Shown: positions 39,005 to 51,290, counted from the first letter of the stretch. The stretch is 64,000 nt of DNA from Eledone cirrhosa (GCA_964016885.1 OZ024740.1:186186001-186250000); one strand, 5' to 3'. Numbers and translations: made by a program. The notes: generated by a model not told the origin, from the sequence alone.

Positions 39005-39391
39005 ATTACTCTTTGAGTCTCAGTCATTGATGTTAGTTAACTGGAAAGTTTGTTGAAATGAATATCAAGCCACTACCTGCAGCCTCAGATATTCAGGGCG
39101 TATCGGAGGGCTCTTGCTGTTCCCAGCAAGCATGCCTTTTGAAGCGTTCCAAAAAGCGTGAAGGTGCCAATTTTCTTTAACCATCCCTGGAAACTTTTGA
39201 GATAGTCTCTAGTGCGCCTATGACAATCGGGATCACTTTGACTTCATGGCAGTTCCAAATCCTTTTTACCTCCCACTTTAAGACCTGGTATCGGTTAATT
39301 TTCGCCCTCTCCTTCTCTTGCACTCTCGTGTCGAATGGGCAGGTCACATCCACAATCAGGCACGATCTTTTTTCTTTGTCCACAACCACCA
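39005..39391 (-). mobile_element. 3' fragment of an RLE-type non-LTR element (R4/Dong-like)
   Basis: VVDK..CLIVDVTCPFD..KE..K..RY..L, VIPIVIGAL and LQKACLLGTARALR. It ends in (TAA)n. Confidence 0.8.
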
Positions 39392-39481
39392 GGGGGTCGA
39401 TAAAATAAAGTACCAGTAATGCACTGGGTAATTGCTGGCCTTGTGCCTAAAGTAGATACAATTATTATTATTATTATTATT
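39392..39481 (+). mobile_element. SINE family A 3' half; its (ATT)n tail is the 5' flank of the next LINE
   Basis: ggggtcgataaaataaagtaccagtaatgcactggg...ccttgtgcctaaagtagatacaattatt. Confidence 0.85.
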
Positions 39482-39696
39482 GAATGCCATGGTTGACGGA
39501 GGCTCGGCTCTGTAAGGTATAGTAATTTTTAACCGGTAAAACAATTGTAAATTTTTTAAAACTTGAACCAAATTGTTGATAAAGACACCCTCCTCCTCGT
39601 GAGAGGGGTCTTTCTGTCCGTTATTTGGCCCTTCGGGGTTAAATAACCAGTTATTGGGGTTTTGTACCCAAAATTTCATTTTAAACAAAAAACAAC

Positions 39697-41793
39697 ATGG
39701 CTACGAAAAAGAAATTTCATACGTCACTCCCACTCATTCCGTCTTCTTCTTCCTCAATCATCACTACAGCAGAGAGAAGATTGTCTCTCTCCCTCCCTTC
39801 TTTAAATGTGTCTCTCTCCCTCCCTTCTCTTTCGCAAGTGACGAAAGAAAAGAAAAGTCTCGTGCAAAGCGTGCAAGGTTTCTCCACGACGACGACGACA
39901 GCGACGAAACAGGTGTGCGGGAAATACGAAAACCCAGTTCATTCGTCTGACGTCAGGAATAATAGCAGTAGCAGCCGTAATAACAACAGCAACAGTGACA
40001 ATGAAAACAACAGTAGCAGCCGCAACAGCATCACCAGCAGCATAAACAACAACAGCATTAGCAGCAGCAACACCAACAACAACCACAGCAACAGCGGCGG
40101 AGGCAGTAGTCGTAGTACCTGCAGCAACAACAAAAGTACGAGCAGCTCTGACGACAACAACAACAGCAGAGAAAAACCAATCTCATTTGCAGGTATTGCG
40201 AAAAACTTGGAAACAATCCTCATAACAAATGAGGAATTAGAGGAAGCGAAGAAGATGGTGACAAAGAACGGACACCGAGCAATCTGCAAGGCAGCGAAAA
40301 ATTTTTTCGAAACCCAAGAGCACTGTACGGTCACGTACCGTACAGTAAGTACAAAATCCCGTAGGGTGGAAAGAGCCACAGAGGCCCAAATACAAAAAGC
40401 CTTGGGGTCTGTGTGGCAGCGGAAAACGCACATCACCCGAGGCAAAAAATATGCCACCGTAGACGTACTTTTTGCCACACCCCAGGAGGCAAAGGCCCAA
40501 TCAGTAGTGACCCTAAGGAGCGAGGAAATGGTGTTGGTGCCCTCCTACTGTGGGCAAAAAATTGTGAGGGTCAAACTGACCCACGTCCCCCCCGGAATGA
40601 CCCCTTCTTGGCTGGCCGCGTCTGTCCTCGTCGGAATCGAGGACAAAACAACTGTACTGCAAGTACAGAAAAAAGTAAGAGAAGATTGGGTCGGCTCCTC
40701 CATTGAGATGCTAATCCAAACCAACCAGGAGTGCATCGAAGCTATCCCGGATGTGATAGACTTCGATAACGGCACTCAACTGCCCATAAGTGTTGAGGGC
40801 AAACGCCCGAAATGCTTTCGCTGTGGATCGAAGACTCACCTCAGGGCCTTCTGCAACGAGAAGACCCTGAGAAAGGAGAAAACCCCCCTCCTTCCGAATC
40901 CGGCTCCACGGCTACCAGCAACAGGACAAGCGGCAACCAGGAACGATAGGCCCGTGGCACCCATACCCACTCCACGGAAATCAAAAACAGCAGCAGCAGT
41001 GGAAATACTAACAACAACAAAAGCAATACCAAATGCAGCTGCAACAGAGACTCCAGTGCAAACATCACCAACAACAACAAGTGAAAGAGTGGAGTTGGTA
41101 CCCCTCCCCGACCTCACAGAATCAGACATGGAGTGTGAGGTGGGAGAGAGATGGCAAAAGGTCGTAAGAAGGCACAAACGCAGAAGCAGCGCATCGTCGC
41201 CTTTGAAAAGGGAGGAAAGAAATGAGAAAAGGGTAAAGTCTACTGCAAAGAGACCCACAGCAGCAACAACACCAACACCATCACCACCCACACTAGCGCC
41301 ACCATCACCACCGGCGACAACCCCACCGCCAACAACACCTTCAACACCACCACCACAAGCACCAACATCGCAAACACAACAACAAAACACACACACCCAG
41401 CAACAACGACAAGAAAATAGCAGAACCACACCCCACCCCCAGAAAAACAAATGCACGGCAATAAATACACACAACAAGAAACTAATGACTTACATAATTG
41501 AACACACAGACATTTCACAACAGGACTACATAATACCAGCACCAATCAAAACGCCAACTAACATAAGACTGCTAAAAATAGCACAGAAACAATACACAAA
41601 TATTAAAACGAAATTCCCCAACGCAGTTGGTGATTTCAGGGACCTAGGAGGAACCATCAATCGAAGAGTATACTCAGACATTCTCTTAGAAGAGCCGACG
41701 ACCAGCCGAAGGGACGATTCAACGGTCCCTTCACCAGACGATCAAGTGAAAAGGGATGTAAAAACCATCCCTCCTCTACCAAAAGTACGGTAA
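39697..41793 (+). CDS. LINE ORF1 protein, 698 aa: Asn/Ser low-complexity region, RRM-like region, zinc knuckle, Pro/Thr-rich linker, conserved C-terminal domain
   Basis: Uninterrupted ORF containing CFRCGSKTHLRAFC. Confidence 0.9.
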   Translation: MATKKKFHTSLPLIPSSSSSIITTAERRLSLSLPSLNVSLSLPSLSQVTKEKKSLVQSVQGFSTTTTTATKQVCGKYENPVHSSDVRNNSSSSRNNNSNSDNENNSSSRNSITSSINNNSISSSNTNNNHSNSGGGSSRSTCSNNKSTSSSDDNNNSREKPISFAGIAKNLETILITNEELEEAKKMVTKNGHRAICKAAKNFFETQEHCTVTYRTVSTKSRRVERATEAQIQKALGSVWQRKTHITRGKKYATVDVLFATPQEAKAQSVVTLRSEEMVLVPSYCGQKIVRVKLTHVPPGMTPSWLAASVLVGIEDKTTVLQVQKKVREDWVGSSIEMLIQTNQECIEAIPDVIDFDNGTQLPISVEGKRPKCFRCGSKTHLRAFCNEKTLRKEKTPLLPNPAPRLPATGQAATRNDRPVAPIPTPRKSKTAAAVEILTTTKAIPNAAATETPVQTSPTTTSERVELVPLPDLTESDMECEVGERWQKVVRRHKRRSSASSPLKREERNEKRVKSTAKRPTAATTPTPSPPTLAPPSPPATTPPPTTPSTPPPQAPTSQTQQQNTHTQQQRQENSRTTPHPQKNKCTAINTHNKKLMTYIIEHTDISQQDYIIPAPIKTPTNIRLLKIAQKQYTNIKTKFPNAVGDFRDLGGTINRRVYSDILLEEPTTSRRDDSTVPSPDDQVKRDVKTIPPLPKVR

Positions 41794-41828
41794 GTGGTCT
41801 TTCCCATCTTTTCCACTCTATTTTAAAC

Positions 41829-44800
41829 ATGACCTCACTCAGAATAGGCAGCATAAATGCGCGTGGCTTGGGGTCGTCATGGAAGCAGGGTCACCTGCTC
41901 AACGACCTCAGGTCACTAAACATAGATGTAGTGGCCATCAGCGAGACCAGAATCTCCGAAGCACGGGCCTTCGCACCGATCTTCGGCGGCTACGATGTGT
42001 ACGCATCTCCCAGCCGTCCTGGATCGGGTGGAGGAGTTGCTGTGCTTTTTCGGAGAGGTTTGGATCTCGCCATACGGGCCATCTTCCTGGACCCAGAGGG
42101 TAAGCTGGTGGTGCTGGACGTGACCAGCGGAGACGGGCAAGCTTTCAGGCTAGTGGCCGTCTATGCCCCGACAGGAGCAGGGCGGCCTGATTTCTTCCGG
42201 CGTCTGGAGACCTTTCTTGGAACGTCCCGCTCTTTAGTGTTAGTGGGCGACTGGAACGGGATCTTAGATGCACGCTGGGACTGTGTGGGATTAGCGGATA
42301 GGGGTGGAGGGTGCAAGAGCCTCACCAACCTGCTCAGGCGTTTTGAACTGTCTGACAGGTACCGATTGGATTTCCCGAATGTGCCAATGTGGACTTGGAC
42401 AAACCGCATAGGGTCATCCAGATCATATCTAGGTAGAGTATTTTGTAGGGAAATAGATAGGTCTAGCATAGGCTGTCCACAATTCAAGATAGTCAGCTAC
42501 ACGGACCACAAATTCGTGACCTGTGTGCTTGACTTAGATAGGCTTCATAGACGAGGACCCGGCTACTGGAAGCTAAACGCGTCCTTACCAGCGCGCAAGG
42601 CCTACAGAGACCTGATTAGCGAACTAGTTAAGCGGGCGTTGACGGGGGCCATCGTCAACAACAAGTGGTGGTTTGCTCTGAAAAGAGCGATTAGAATAGA
42701 ATCGATTAGGTTTAGTAAGGCTTTAGCAATAGAGAAAAATAGAGCAGAGGGAGAACTAGTTAGAAAATTTGACGAGGCGCTTAGCAAAGGCATTGCGACC
42801 GACGTGCTTGCGGCAAAATTGGCCCTTGACCAATTCTTCAATGCAAAGCACGAAGGCTGCGTTGTCAGAGCTAGGGTGCGTGCTCTCAGACACGAGGGGA
42901 CGAAAGCCGTTCAATGGGCCCGAGTGGCGGAGGCGCGTCGTGGCATCAAAGCCACGATCCGGTCTTTGGTGGACCACGACGGGCGCATGCTACTCGATCC
43001 CGGGCAAATGTGTGAAGCTTTTCAGCGACACTTCGCTCAGCTGTTCGGGGGCAGCGGGGGGCCGGGTAGAGGGATGGACTTTAGTGTCTACCTCGACGGA
43101 TTGCCGCGGCTCTCGGCCACTGAGGCGAAGTGTTGCGAAAAGCCGATAACAGCCGCTGAAGTAAGGGAGGCAATGACTGGCTGCACAAGGGGTAAATCGC
43201 CTGGTTTGGATGGTCTGCCCTATGAACTTTACGTACAGATGCCAGACTTGTTCGGAGGCCTCTTGGCGGACGTCTACTGCAACTGGCAACAGAACGGGAG
43301 AATTCCCAGTTCTGTGAGCCGAGGAGCGGCGGCACTGCTGAGAAAGGATCCGAACAAGGGGGGTAACATAGAAAATTTCCGGCCCATAACTCTGCTAAAC
43401 ACAGAGTTTAAGATTTTGGCCAAGGTGCTAGCAAAGAGGTTGGCGCTTGTCGTTGGTGGTCTGGTGGGAGAGGCGCAGACATGCGCCATTCCCGACAGAT
43501 CCATCCACGACAACCTCCACCTCATGCAATACATCGTAGAGAGGGTAGCTAGGGAACCTGGCACGGGTGGATCCTTGATCAATTTAGATCAGTCGAAAGC
43601 TTTCGATAGGGTCGACCATCGTTACCTAGCGGCAGTCCTGAGGGCGGCTGGCTTTGGGCCCGTCTTCAGAGGCTGGATCGCTGCCATGCACAGCGACATC
43701 TGCTCTGTGGTGAGAGTGAACGGTCACCTGTCGGAACCGTTCAACATCATGCGCTCGGTCCGCCAAGGATGTCCCCTCTCGTCCCTCTTGTACGTATTGA
43801 CTCTCGAGCCATTACTGCACAAACTGGAGACGTTGAGGGGAGTCCCGCGCGAACTAGGATGCGGAAGATCCGTGTCAGCATATGCAGACGATGTCACCGT
43901 AGTGGTGTCGAACGCCAAACACATCGAGGCGATCGGCACTACACTAAGAGAATACGAAGCGGTGACAGGAGCAATGATCAACCAGGAAAAGTCAGTGGGC
44001 CTGCAGCTCGGCACCTGGAGAGGCAGGTCCATGCCGTCCAACAGCGTCGTCGGACGCTGGACGGACGGACCGGTTAAATTGCTAGGGGTCTGGTTCGGTC
44101 CGGACCTCCAGACGGACAAAAACTGGGACGAGGTGACGAGCAGGGTGGCTTCTCTCACCCAGAAATGGGCGGAGAGGAAGCTATCCCTGAAAGGTCGAGC
44201 GGAGGTGGCTAACGCGTACATCGCGTCTGTCATCTGCTACCGCCTGACCGTCGTACCTTGTCCTAAGCCTCGCCTGACTGCGCTGGAGTGTTTGCTCTTT
44301 CGCTTTTTGTGGAAGGGACGTGCTCCGATGGTCAGGCGGTCCATCTGTTGTCAACACCCGCTACGTGGAGGGCTGGGCATGCCGTGGCTGATGATGCGCA
44401 CGCACGCGCTCAGGCTACGACATCTCCACCTCTTCCTCGACGGTGATCAGGTGTGGTCGCCGTTTGCTAGGCGCGTATTTCCCCAGCTCGTTTCCTTGAC
44501 GGAGCTGCAGTCATGGGTCAAGCGAAGACCGAGAGGGAGCGCCTGGAGACTGGAATGTCTTCAGGCGCTCACAGCCCTCGACCAATCGGGCAATGTGATC
44601 GGTGGAAACTCTACCTCGGCGTTCTATAGAGGATTAGTGGAGGGTAAGAGCGACGACGTACTTGGGGAAACTCTAGGCGTCGACGAAAATCAACTAGCCA
44701 ATCTCTTCGGAAGAACTTTCGGGCCGGGGCCTATGGACAACTTCCAGAAATCTCTGGCCTGGCAGTGCTACCGAGGAGCCTTGCCAGTTCGGGATAAACT

Positions 44801-45248
44801 CTACAGGCATGGAGGTGCCGTCAGCCGGGCATGTCCGAGATGCGCGCAGGGCGACGAAACCGTCCTGCACGCACTCGTCCAGTGTCCGAAAATTGCTGAC
44901 TTGTGGGTTTATGTCGAACACCTGCTGTCGCGTTAAGGACGGATCCAGCTATCATCTGAGTCCATCGTGAGGATTGCCCCGCCCTCCTCCTTTAGCCGGG
45001 AAGGGCAGGCAGTTTTTATCTGTCTGGTGGCCATGGCGAAAGAGATAGTATGGTGGACACGTTTGAAAGGGCTGAAGACGAGCACTTACCTCTTCGGTGA
45101 TGCTCTGATTGACTTTTTCAAATTTCATTTGAAAAGGAAAATCAGAGTAGAGAGGGAAGTGCTCTCTTCCCAGCATTTTGTTGAAAGATGGGTGAGAGAA
45201 GCAAGAATGGCCCGAGTGAATGGGCCTACTCTGAGTATATATCTGTAA
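41829..45248 (+). pseudogene. LINE ORF2: APE endonuclease, reverse transcriptase and C-terminal CCHC; single in-frame TAA at 44934-44936
   Basis: SINARG, ISET, GDWN, TDH, DQSKAFDRV, RQGCPLS, YADD and CPRC..ETVLHALVQC. ORF 44967..45248 continues in the same frame. Confidence 0.93.
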
Positions 45249-45509
45249 ATTAAAGGTGGAAAACTGGGAGAGGGCACTTGCCTTGGTGGTCAGGGTCATT
45301 GTGGCTTTTTACTGGGCTTTCTCCACAAATGTCCCTCCGAAGTCTCCCCCCTATTGGGGAATTTTTCATTGTTATTTTCATTGTTATTTTTGTTACATCC
45401 TCTGTTTTTGTTTTTTTTACACGCAGAAATGCCCATTTGTACCGTCCTGCATTGTCCTGCACTGTCCTTAATGTCTACTTTATGTAAACCCTTGTGGTTA
45501 ATAAAGAAA

Positions 45510-45559
<50 letters not shown>

Positions 45560-45964
45560 GTACTATTTTTGTTTCTAAATACATCAATAAATTATCTAAA
45601 AAGGTAAACCAGCTGTCATTTAAAGTGTATAATAAATACGAGACGTCGCATAAAAACTGTTAATCGTATAATTCTATCCTAAAAGATTACATAATTGAGC
45701 GTAAAGTATCGCGACATTTCAGTTTATAATCCTAGATATTTCTTTGTGTCTAACTTTAGTTTTCCATATTTTTAAGTCATGCACATGATCCAATATATAT
45801 TTATCCAAATTTACGCATCAGTACGTCTTGTTCATATATGTACAAATGTTATTTTTTTCACTCCATACAATTTTGAATTTAGCCATACATATTTTAATAA
45901 TTGAGAATATTCATGGTTAGAATCTATTTTAAGAAGGGCATATTCGAAGGTATGTAAAACTTAT

Positions 45965-46330
45965 TCAATCAATCACGTTCCCGCAATTGGTGCAGCCAGT
46001 GGTTGGAATGCCATCCTAGATGCTTTCATCGTCAGCCGTCACTGCTGATCTCTAATCTCCGTCATGCGTAGAATTTTGTCGGTGTTGTGACCAGTAAAAT
46101 TTCTGATGTTGTCGTAACGGGATTTTCTTTGTCTGCCTCCCCTTTGCCCTCTCTTGACTGTTCTCTGAAGGATGGTTTTAGACAAGGAGTTGTAGTGGGA
46201 TACATGACCATACCAGGCAAGCTTCCGTCTTTTTACTATCCAATAAAAGCTGCACATATAATGCTTGCCATCCTATTCGTAGCAGAATATATTCATAATA
46301 TTTCTCTCTCACTTCTTTAATGTAAACGAT
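45965..46330 (-). mobile_element. RTE-clade LINE 3' fragment
   Basis: VKRRKLAWYGHV...SLSKTILQ..V...RGGRQRKS..DNI, with a short (GATT)n tail. Confidence 0.75.
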
Positions 46331-47489
46331 ATAGAAATCCTGTTAATATTTTTGTGTTTTTTTTTTTTTTGCTTTTCATTTTGTAGGAGGGGGTGGGGGG
46401 TTCTAAAACATAGTTACACTAAAGTTCATCGGCAATGCACATGTTGGATTTTTACTTGATTCAATGATGCTACAATTTATAGATTAATGGATACGAACAT
46501 CTGTTAATCCAAATAATTGGTGATGTACTTAAAATCATTATTGTAACATTTTGCTTCCTATCACGCACGTCAAGACAATAATTATACGGCCAAATTAGAA
46601 TTTCCTTTTAAAAGAGGATAGAATATTAAACCTCATCATGAAGAGTGTTTTCATAGAAGTAAGTTTATTTCCAAGAAGAAATAAGAAAACTATTCATATC
46701 ACTTACCTTCTAAGACATGCTATGTTGTTTTATATTTCTAAACAATTTAATGGAATTTCATTTTCTAAACAAATTATAAACCATGTTTTAATACTTACGA
46801 ATTAATGCTTGTTAAACATATGCATATAAATTACATATAGTTTTCTAATCAAATTATCAATCCCATTTAACATTTCATTTTCTTTGAGGTACATGTATTC
46901 TTCGGAAAACATATATTCTTGCTAATAATTTAGACGCATATTACCGAAGTGAAACCCATTTATCGTATTATATTAAGGAAAGCCTGAGTTTGAATTTATA
47001 TTGTTTTTAAATCTAAGTTTATTTTTATTTAACAAATCTATAACGTTTGTTCAAAAGCATTTCAATTATGATCATCCCTTCTTTTGAGAGTATCTATGAT
47101 ATCATTATCTAATATTTCATTAATAGCAGAGTGTATGTTTGTATAGAAGGTTGCAGATTTTAGCAGGATTGAAAGGCTACATAATTTATTATGGGCATGT
47201 ATAAGTATATATGTGTGTGTGCTTGCAAGACACACTTTGTATATTTCCCTCTATATCTGACATCAAATAATTACTCCAGCTTTCCGCCCCAGAAGCTCAC
47301 CCCTGAAATTGCCACCTTGCCCATTTTGTTGAAGGAGAGCCAGTGAGAGCATTTGAATACCGTGGGTGTAAGCATTTTCGTCAGAAAATTATATTTAAAA
47401 ATATAATTCTGTTTCAGAATTCGTTTACTTCCAAGTATTATCATCGTTACTGGTAAACACCCATTCATTCTAAAAGGCATAAATATTGG

Positions 47490-47865
47490 ATAAGGATGTA
47501 GGTAGTTACGAAGGTAGATAGGTACGTAAATATTTAGGTGGGTAGATAAATAGGATATATAGATGTGGGTAGGTAAATAGATAGATAGGTAGATGGGGAA
47601 GTAGGTAGTTAGAAGTAGCTATGTTTGTAGGTAGGTAGATAGGTGGGTAGCTTCGTGTGATATGTAAATAGATAGCTAGAAGTGGTTACATAGGTAGGAG
47701 TGATAGATAAGTAGATAATTAGGCAGGTATATAGAGAGATAGGAGAAAAAGTATGTATGTGTGTATGTTAATATGTTGGGAGGTTGATATGTGTGTCTGT
47801 AAGTAGATACGTTGGTAGGTTGGCAGAGAGGTAGATAAAAAGGTAGATAGGTAGATAGGTAGGTA
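47490..47865. repeat. Degenerate (GGTA/GATA)n tetranucleotide tract
   Basis: Direct reading. Confidence 0.8.
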
Positions 47866-48313
47866 TTCATTGCGTTCTGTAACTTTTTAAGTAGAACCTT
47901 ATTGGAATTTTAAGAATATATGTCTGTAAATAATTTTAACTGCATTAATTTAATCTTCTTTTGCACTTACGTGAGATCTTTGACTAACTAGAATCTTCTA
48001 AAAAGTCTTCTAAATATTTTCAAACCATTCTTTGATAAATAACGGAACGTACTGTCATATATTTTTTTTAAATTGTTTTTACCAACCATTGTTGTACCCA
48101 ATTAACAGATATAATATATTTTATCATACGTGTTGAAAAACACTGATAAATCTTTATTTTTTACATGTTTGAAAACATACCCAAGCTTATGCTTTAGCAC
48201 TTGCAAATTTATAATTCCCTGCTTTTTTAATGCACATTGCTTCGAATCATATATTTTCCATGATAACTTGTCTTATAATATTTATTGCTATTTTGTATTA
48301 TATATATTTCCTG

Positions 48314-48495
48314 GGCGGTGGATTGGCAGCATCGATAGAAGATTGGACAACATGCTTTGTAGCATAGAGTTACACCACTTTACGGTCTGAGTTCAAATCC
48401 CACCGAGGTTAACTTTGCCTTTCATCCTCAAGGGATCGATAAAATAAAGTACCTGGAATAGTTACTGGCATTGTGCCAAAAGTAGAAACAATTAT
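48314..48495 (+). mobile_element. SINE family A, full length
   Basis: Head ggcggtggattggcagcatcg, B-box gagttcaaatcc, and the family tail. Confidence 0.85.
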
Positions 48496-48632
48496 ATATA
48501 TTTCCTGAATAGATACGGTTTGGGTGGAGCACCCATAACGAAATAATTAACTTTCTGATAATATATAGTTTTTCCTCTACAAATGAATGGGATATTCTCG
48601 CCGTATTGAAACGTCCATTGCAATGTATGAAT

Positions 48633-48770
48633 AAATAATAGTTGTTTCTACTTTTGGCGCAAGGCCCTCAATTATCGTAGTGCATTACTGGTACTTTATT
48701 TTATCGACCCCGTAAGGATGAAAGGCAAAGTTAACCTCGGCGAGTTTTGAATTCCGAGGTTAACTTTGCC
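48633..48770 (-). mobile_element. SINE family A fragment
   Basis: tgtttctacttttggcgcaaggcc...ggatgaaaggcaaagttaacctcgg. Confidence 0.8.
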
Positions 48771-49144
48771 TAATAATAATAATGATAATAATAATAATAA
48801 TGCTGGGCCTTATTTAATTTTGAATTGTAAATGTTCTGCTACTGAAACTGCCCTTTATTCATTCAGTTTCCGTTCGGTCCTGAAGAGTGAAGGGGTAAAA
48901 AAGAGCATCGAGCTTATCTCATATTACCATTGAAAATAGTAAACTATTACACTATAAACACTTATATATAAATATATATATATAAGAAGCAAAGAAAATG
49001 TCAGTGATGCGACAGATTTCCTGGTGAAAGTTCAGGTACACTCCAGGTTGATATCCAGTTTCGGAGTGAAAATCCAACGAATCTGAGACGTCTACACAGA
49101 AGTCAACATGAATGGACTTGTTATTTTTATCTAAATACAGTTTT

Positions 49145-49401
<257 letters not shown>

Positions 49402-51243
49402 TATAGTTTGCTTGAAGCATTGTATATAATATATGTGCTACCTGACTGACGGGTGACGAGGTTCTATTTAGAAATAAATGCGGGATCCTGGTGCAATCCC
49501 ACTGCTTGGTATATTGAGCCAATATCCTTTCTATAGCGTTTGTTCCCTCTTGTGAGTGAAATTGGATAGATGGATAGACTGTATCTGTTATTTAAACGTC
49601 GAGCATTGTAATGTTTTCTGTATTCGTTCGTCTCGGAAATTACGTATCTGTGGCATACTCGACTACGTACACGTTAATTCACAAATTGGATATTCAGTTG
49701 ACCCGTTCTATCGTTGTAACCGATGACGTATCTATTATCATCCTTATGCATACGATCACTGAATTATTGAAATACATACGATATATCAGCTACCTAGCAT
49801 TTTATTATTTTTATTACTTTTCAACATTTTTAATAATTTTAAAATACTCAATAAACTACATACACTGAATTAACTACGTGAACATGATAACTAGTAATGT
49901 ATCTTATGATAAATCTCTCTTCAGAGATATCTTTCATTTTCAAATATTACAGAGAAAAACACCACTAATCATCACAGTAAAAGAATATCGACGAGGTTTG
50001 ATAGATGATAATGGAAAACAGTTTGTCACATAACAATTATCGATAATGTGAAGAATGTGTCGATAAAGATCAGTTGACTAGCATTTTAATTTGTTGCGAA
50101 TATATTTTAGATAAAGGTGTCATACTATTGAAATATCTGATGTTCTGTCTTTGTAGTAAAGTTTCGATTATCGGTATATCTTATGTAGATAAAATATATA
50201 TTTTGGTATAATAACTTGCCAGTATTGTTTCTTATCTTTAGGGAATAATTGACAATGTTGTCCAATACCAAAGAAAATACATTTCCCCATTAATGTAAAT
50301 GTCCCTAGGTTGTCATAATATTTTAAGACAGCAAAAGCAGGAAAAGTTTAGATGTTTAAATTTAGATGAATAGCCATGTCGCATGTCGTGTGGGTTGAAT
50401 TGATGATGTCTTACTTTAGACTATGCTGCTCTTGTATAGTGTATATTCAATTATATTAACAGCTTTTCCAAAAGAACAATAACAGGTATTCAACAGGATT
50501 TAAAAGCAGAACATAGAGATATCACCAAATTTTATACGATCGTGATTTACTATTTCAGCCACACACCACACATGATATTCACATATAATAACGGTTTTTC
50601 ACGTTTATACAAAGCAAGGGACGTGTACGGAAATTGCATAGTGAATTGAAGTAAACTTCATTGCATGTTTAGCACTACATTTAACGACCCCTAAAGGCGT
50701 TGTCAAGCTCAGTAAAATGTTATATTCTGTACCTTTCAAAATCCCTGTGAGTCCAAAATTCTCTGATAGCCACGAACCACTCATTGAACTTGTTATATGT
50801 ATTTTCCCCATGACAATTGTTCAATTTTACCGATCAATGATCGAAAATAACTTGTGAAGTGCCTATCAACGAGGTATAAGAAGAAAACTAAATTTTGCGT
50901 TTGTTGTAAATAGGAACCATATATAAATATATAATGAAACTTTTATTGGTAACCAATATAGGATAATTCATGTAGGTGCATTACTGAAGTTCCTGTTACT
51001 AAATCTTCATGTTTATAATACATACTTCATTCTATCACATAAAGAATTATTTGGAATAAATAGGATCTGAAATGTTCTTTTCGGGTATCTATTTCCTATT
51101 TAAATTCATACATGCACGTGTGTGTGTGTGTGAATATGCAAATGTGTATACAACAGTTGCCATATATATATATATATATATTGTGTGTGGTGTGTGTGGA
51201 TGTCTGTGTGTTTGCCGTTATGCACCTGAGTGTAACGCAATAT

Positions 51244-51290
<47 letters not shown>

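Larger units (their letters stand above)
39482..45511 (+). mobile_element. Near-intact full-length Tx1/L1-type LINE (6.0 kb)
   Basis: Open ORF1, ORF2 with one premature stop, and (ATT)n at both ends. Confidence 0.96.

Noticed and set aside
50590-50820. Possible hAT transposase remnant (AISVHVPC)
   Set aside because: Only a single weak motif is present.
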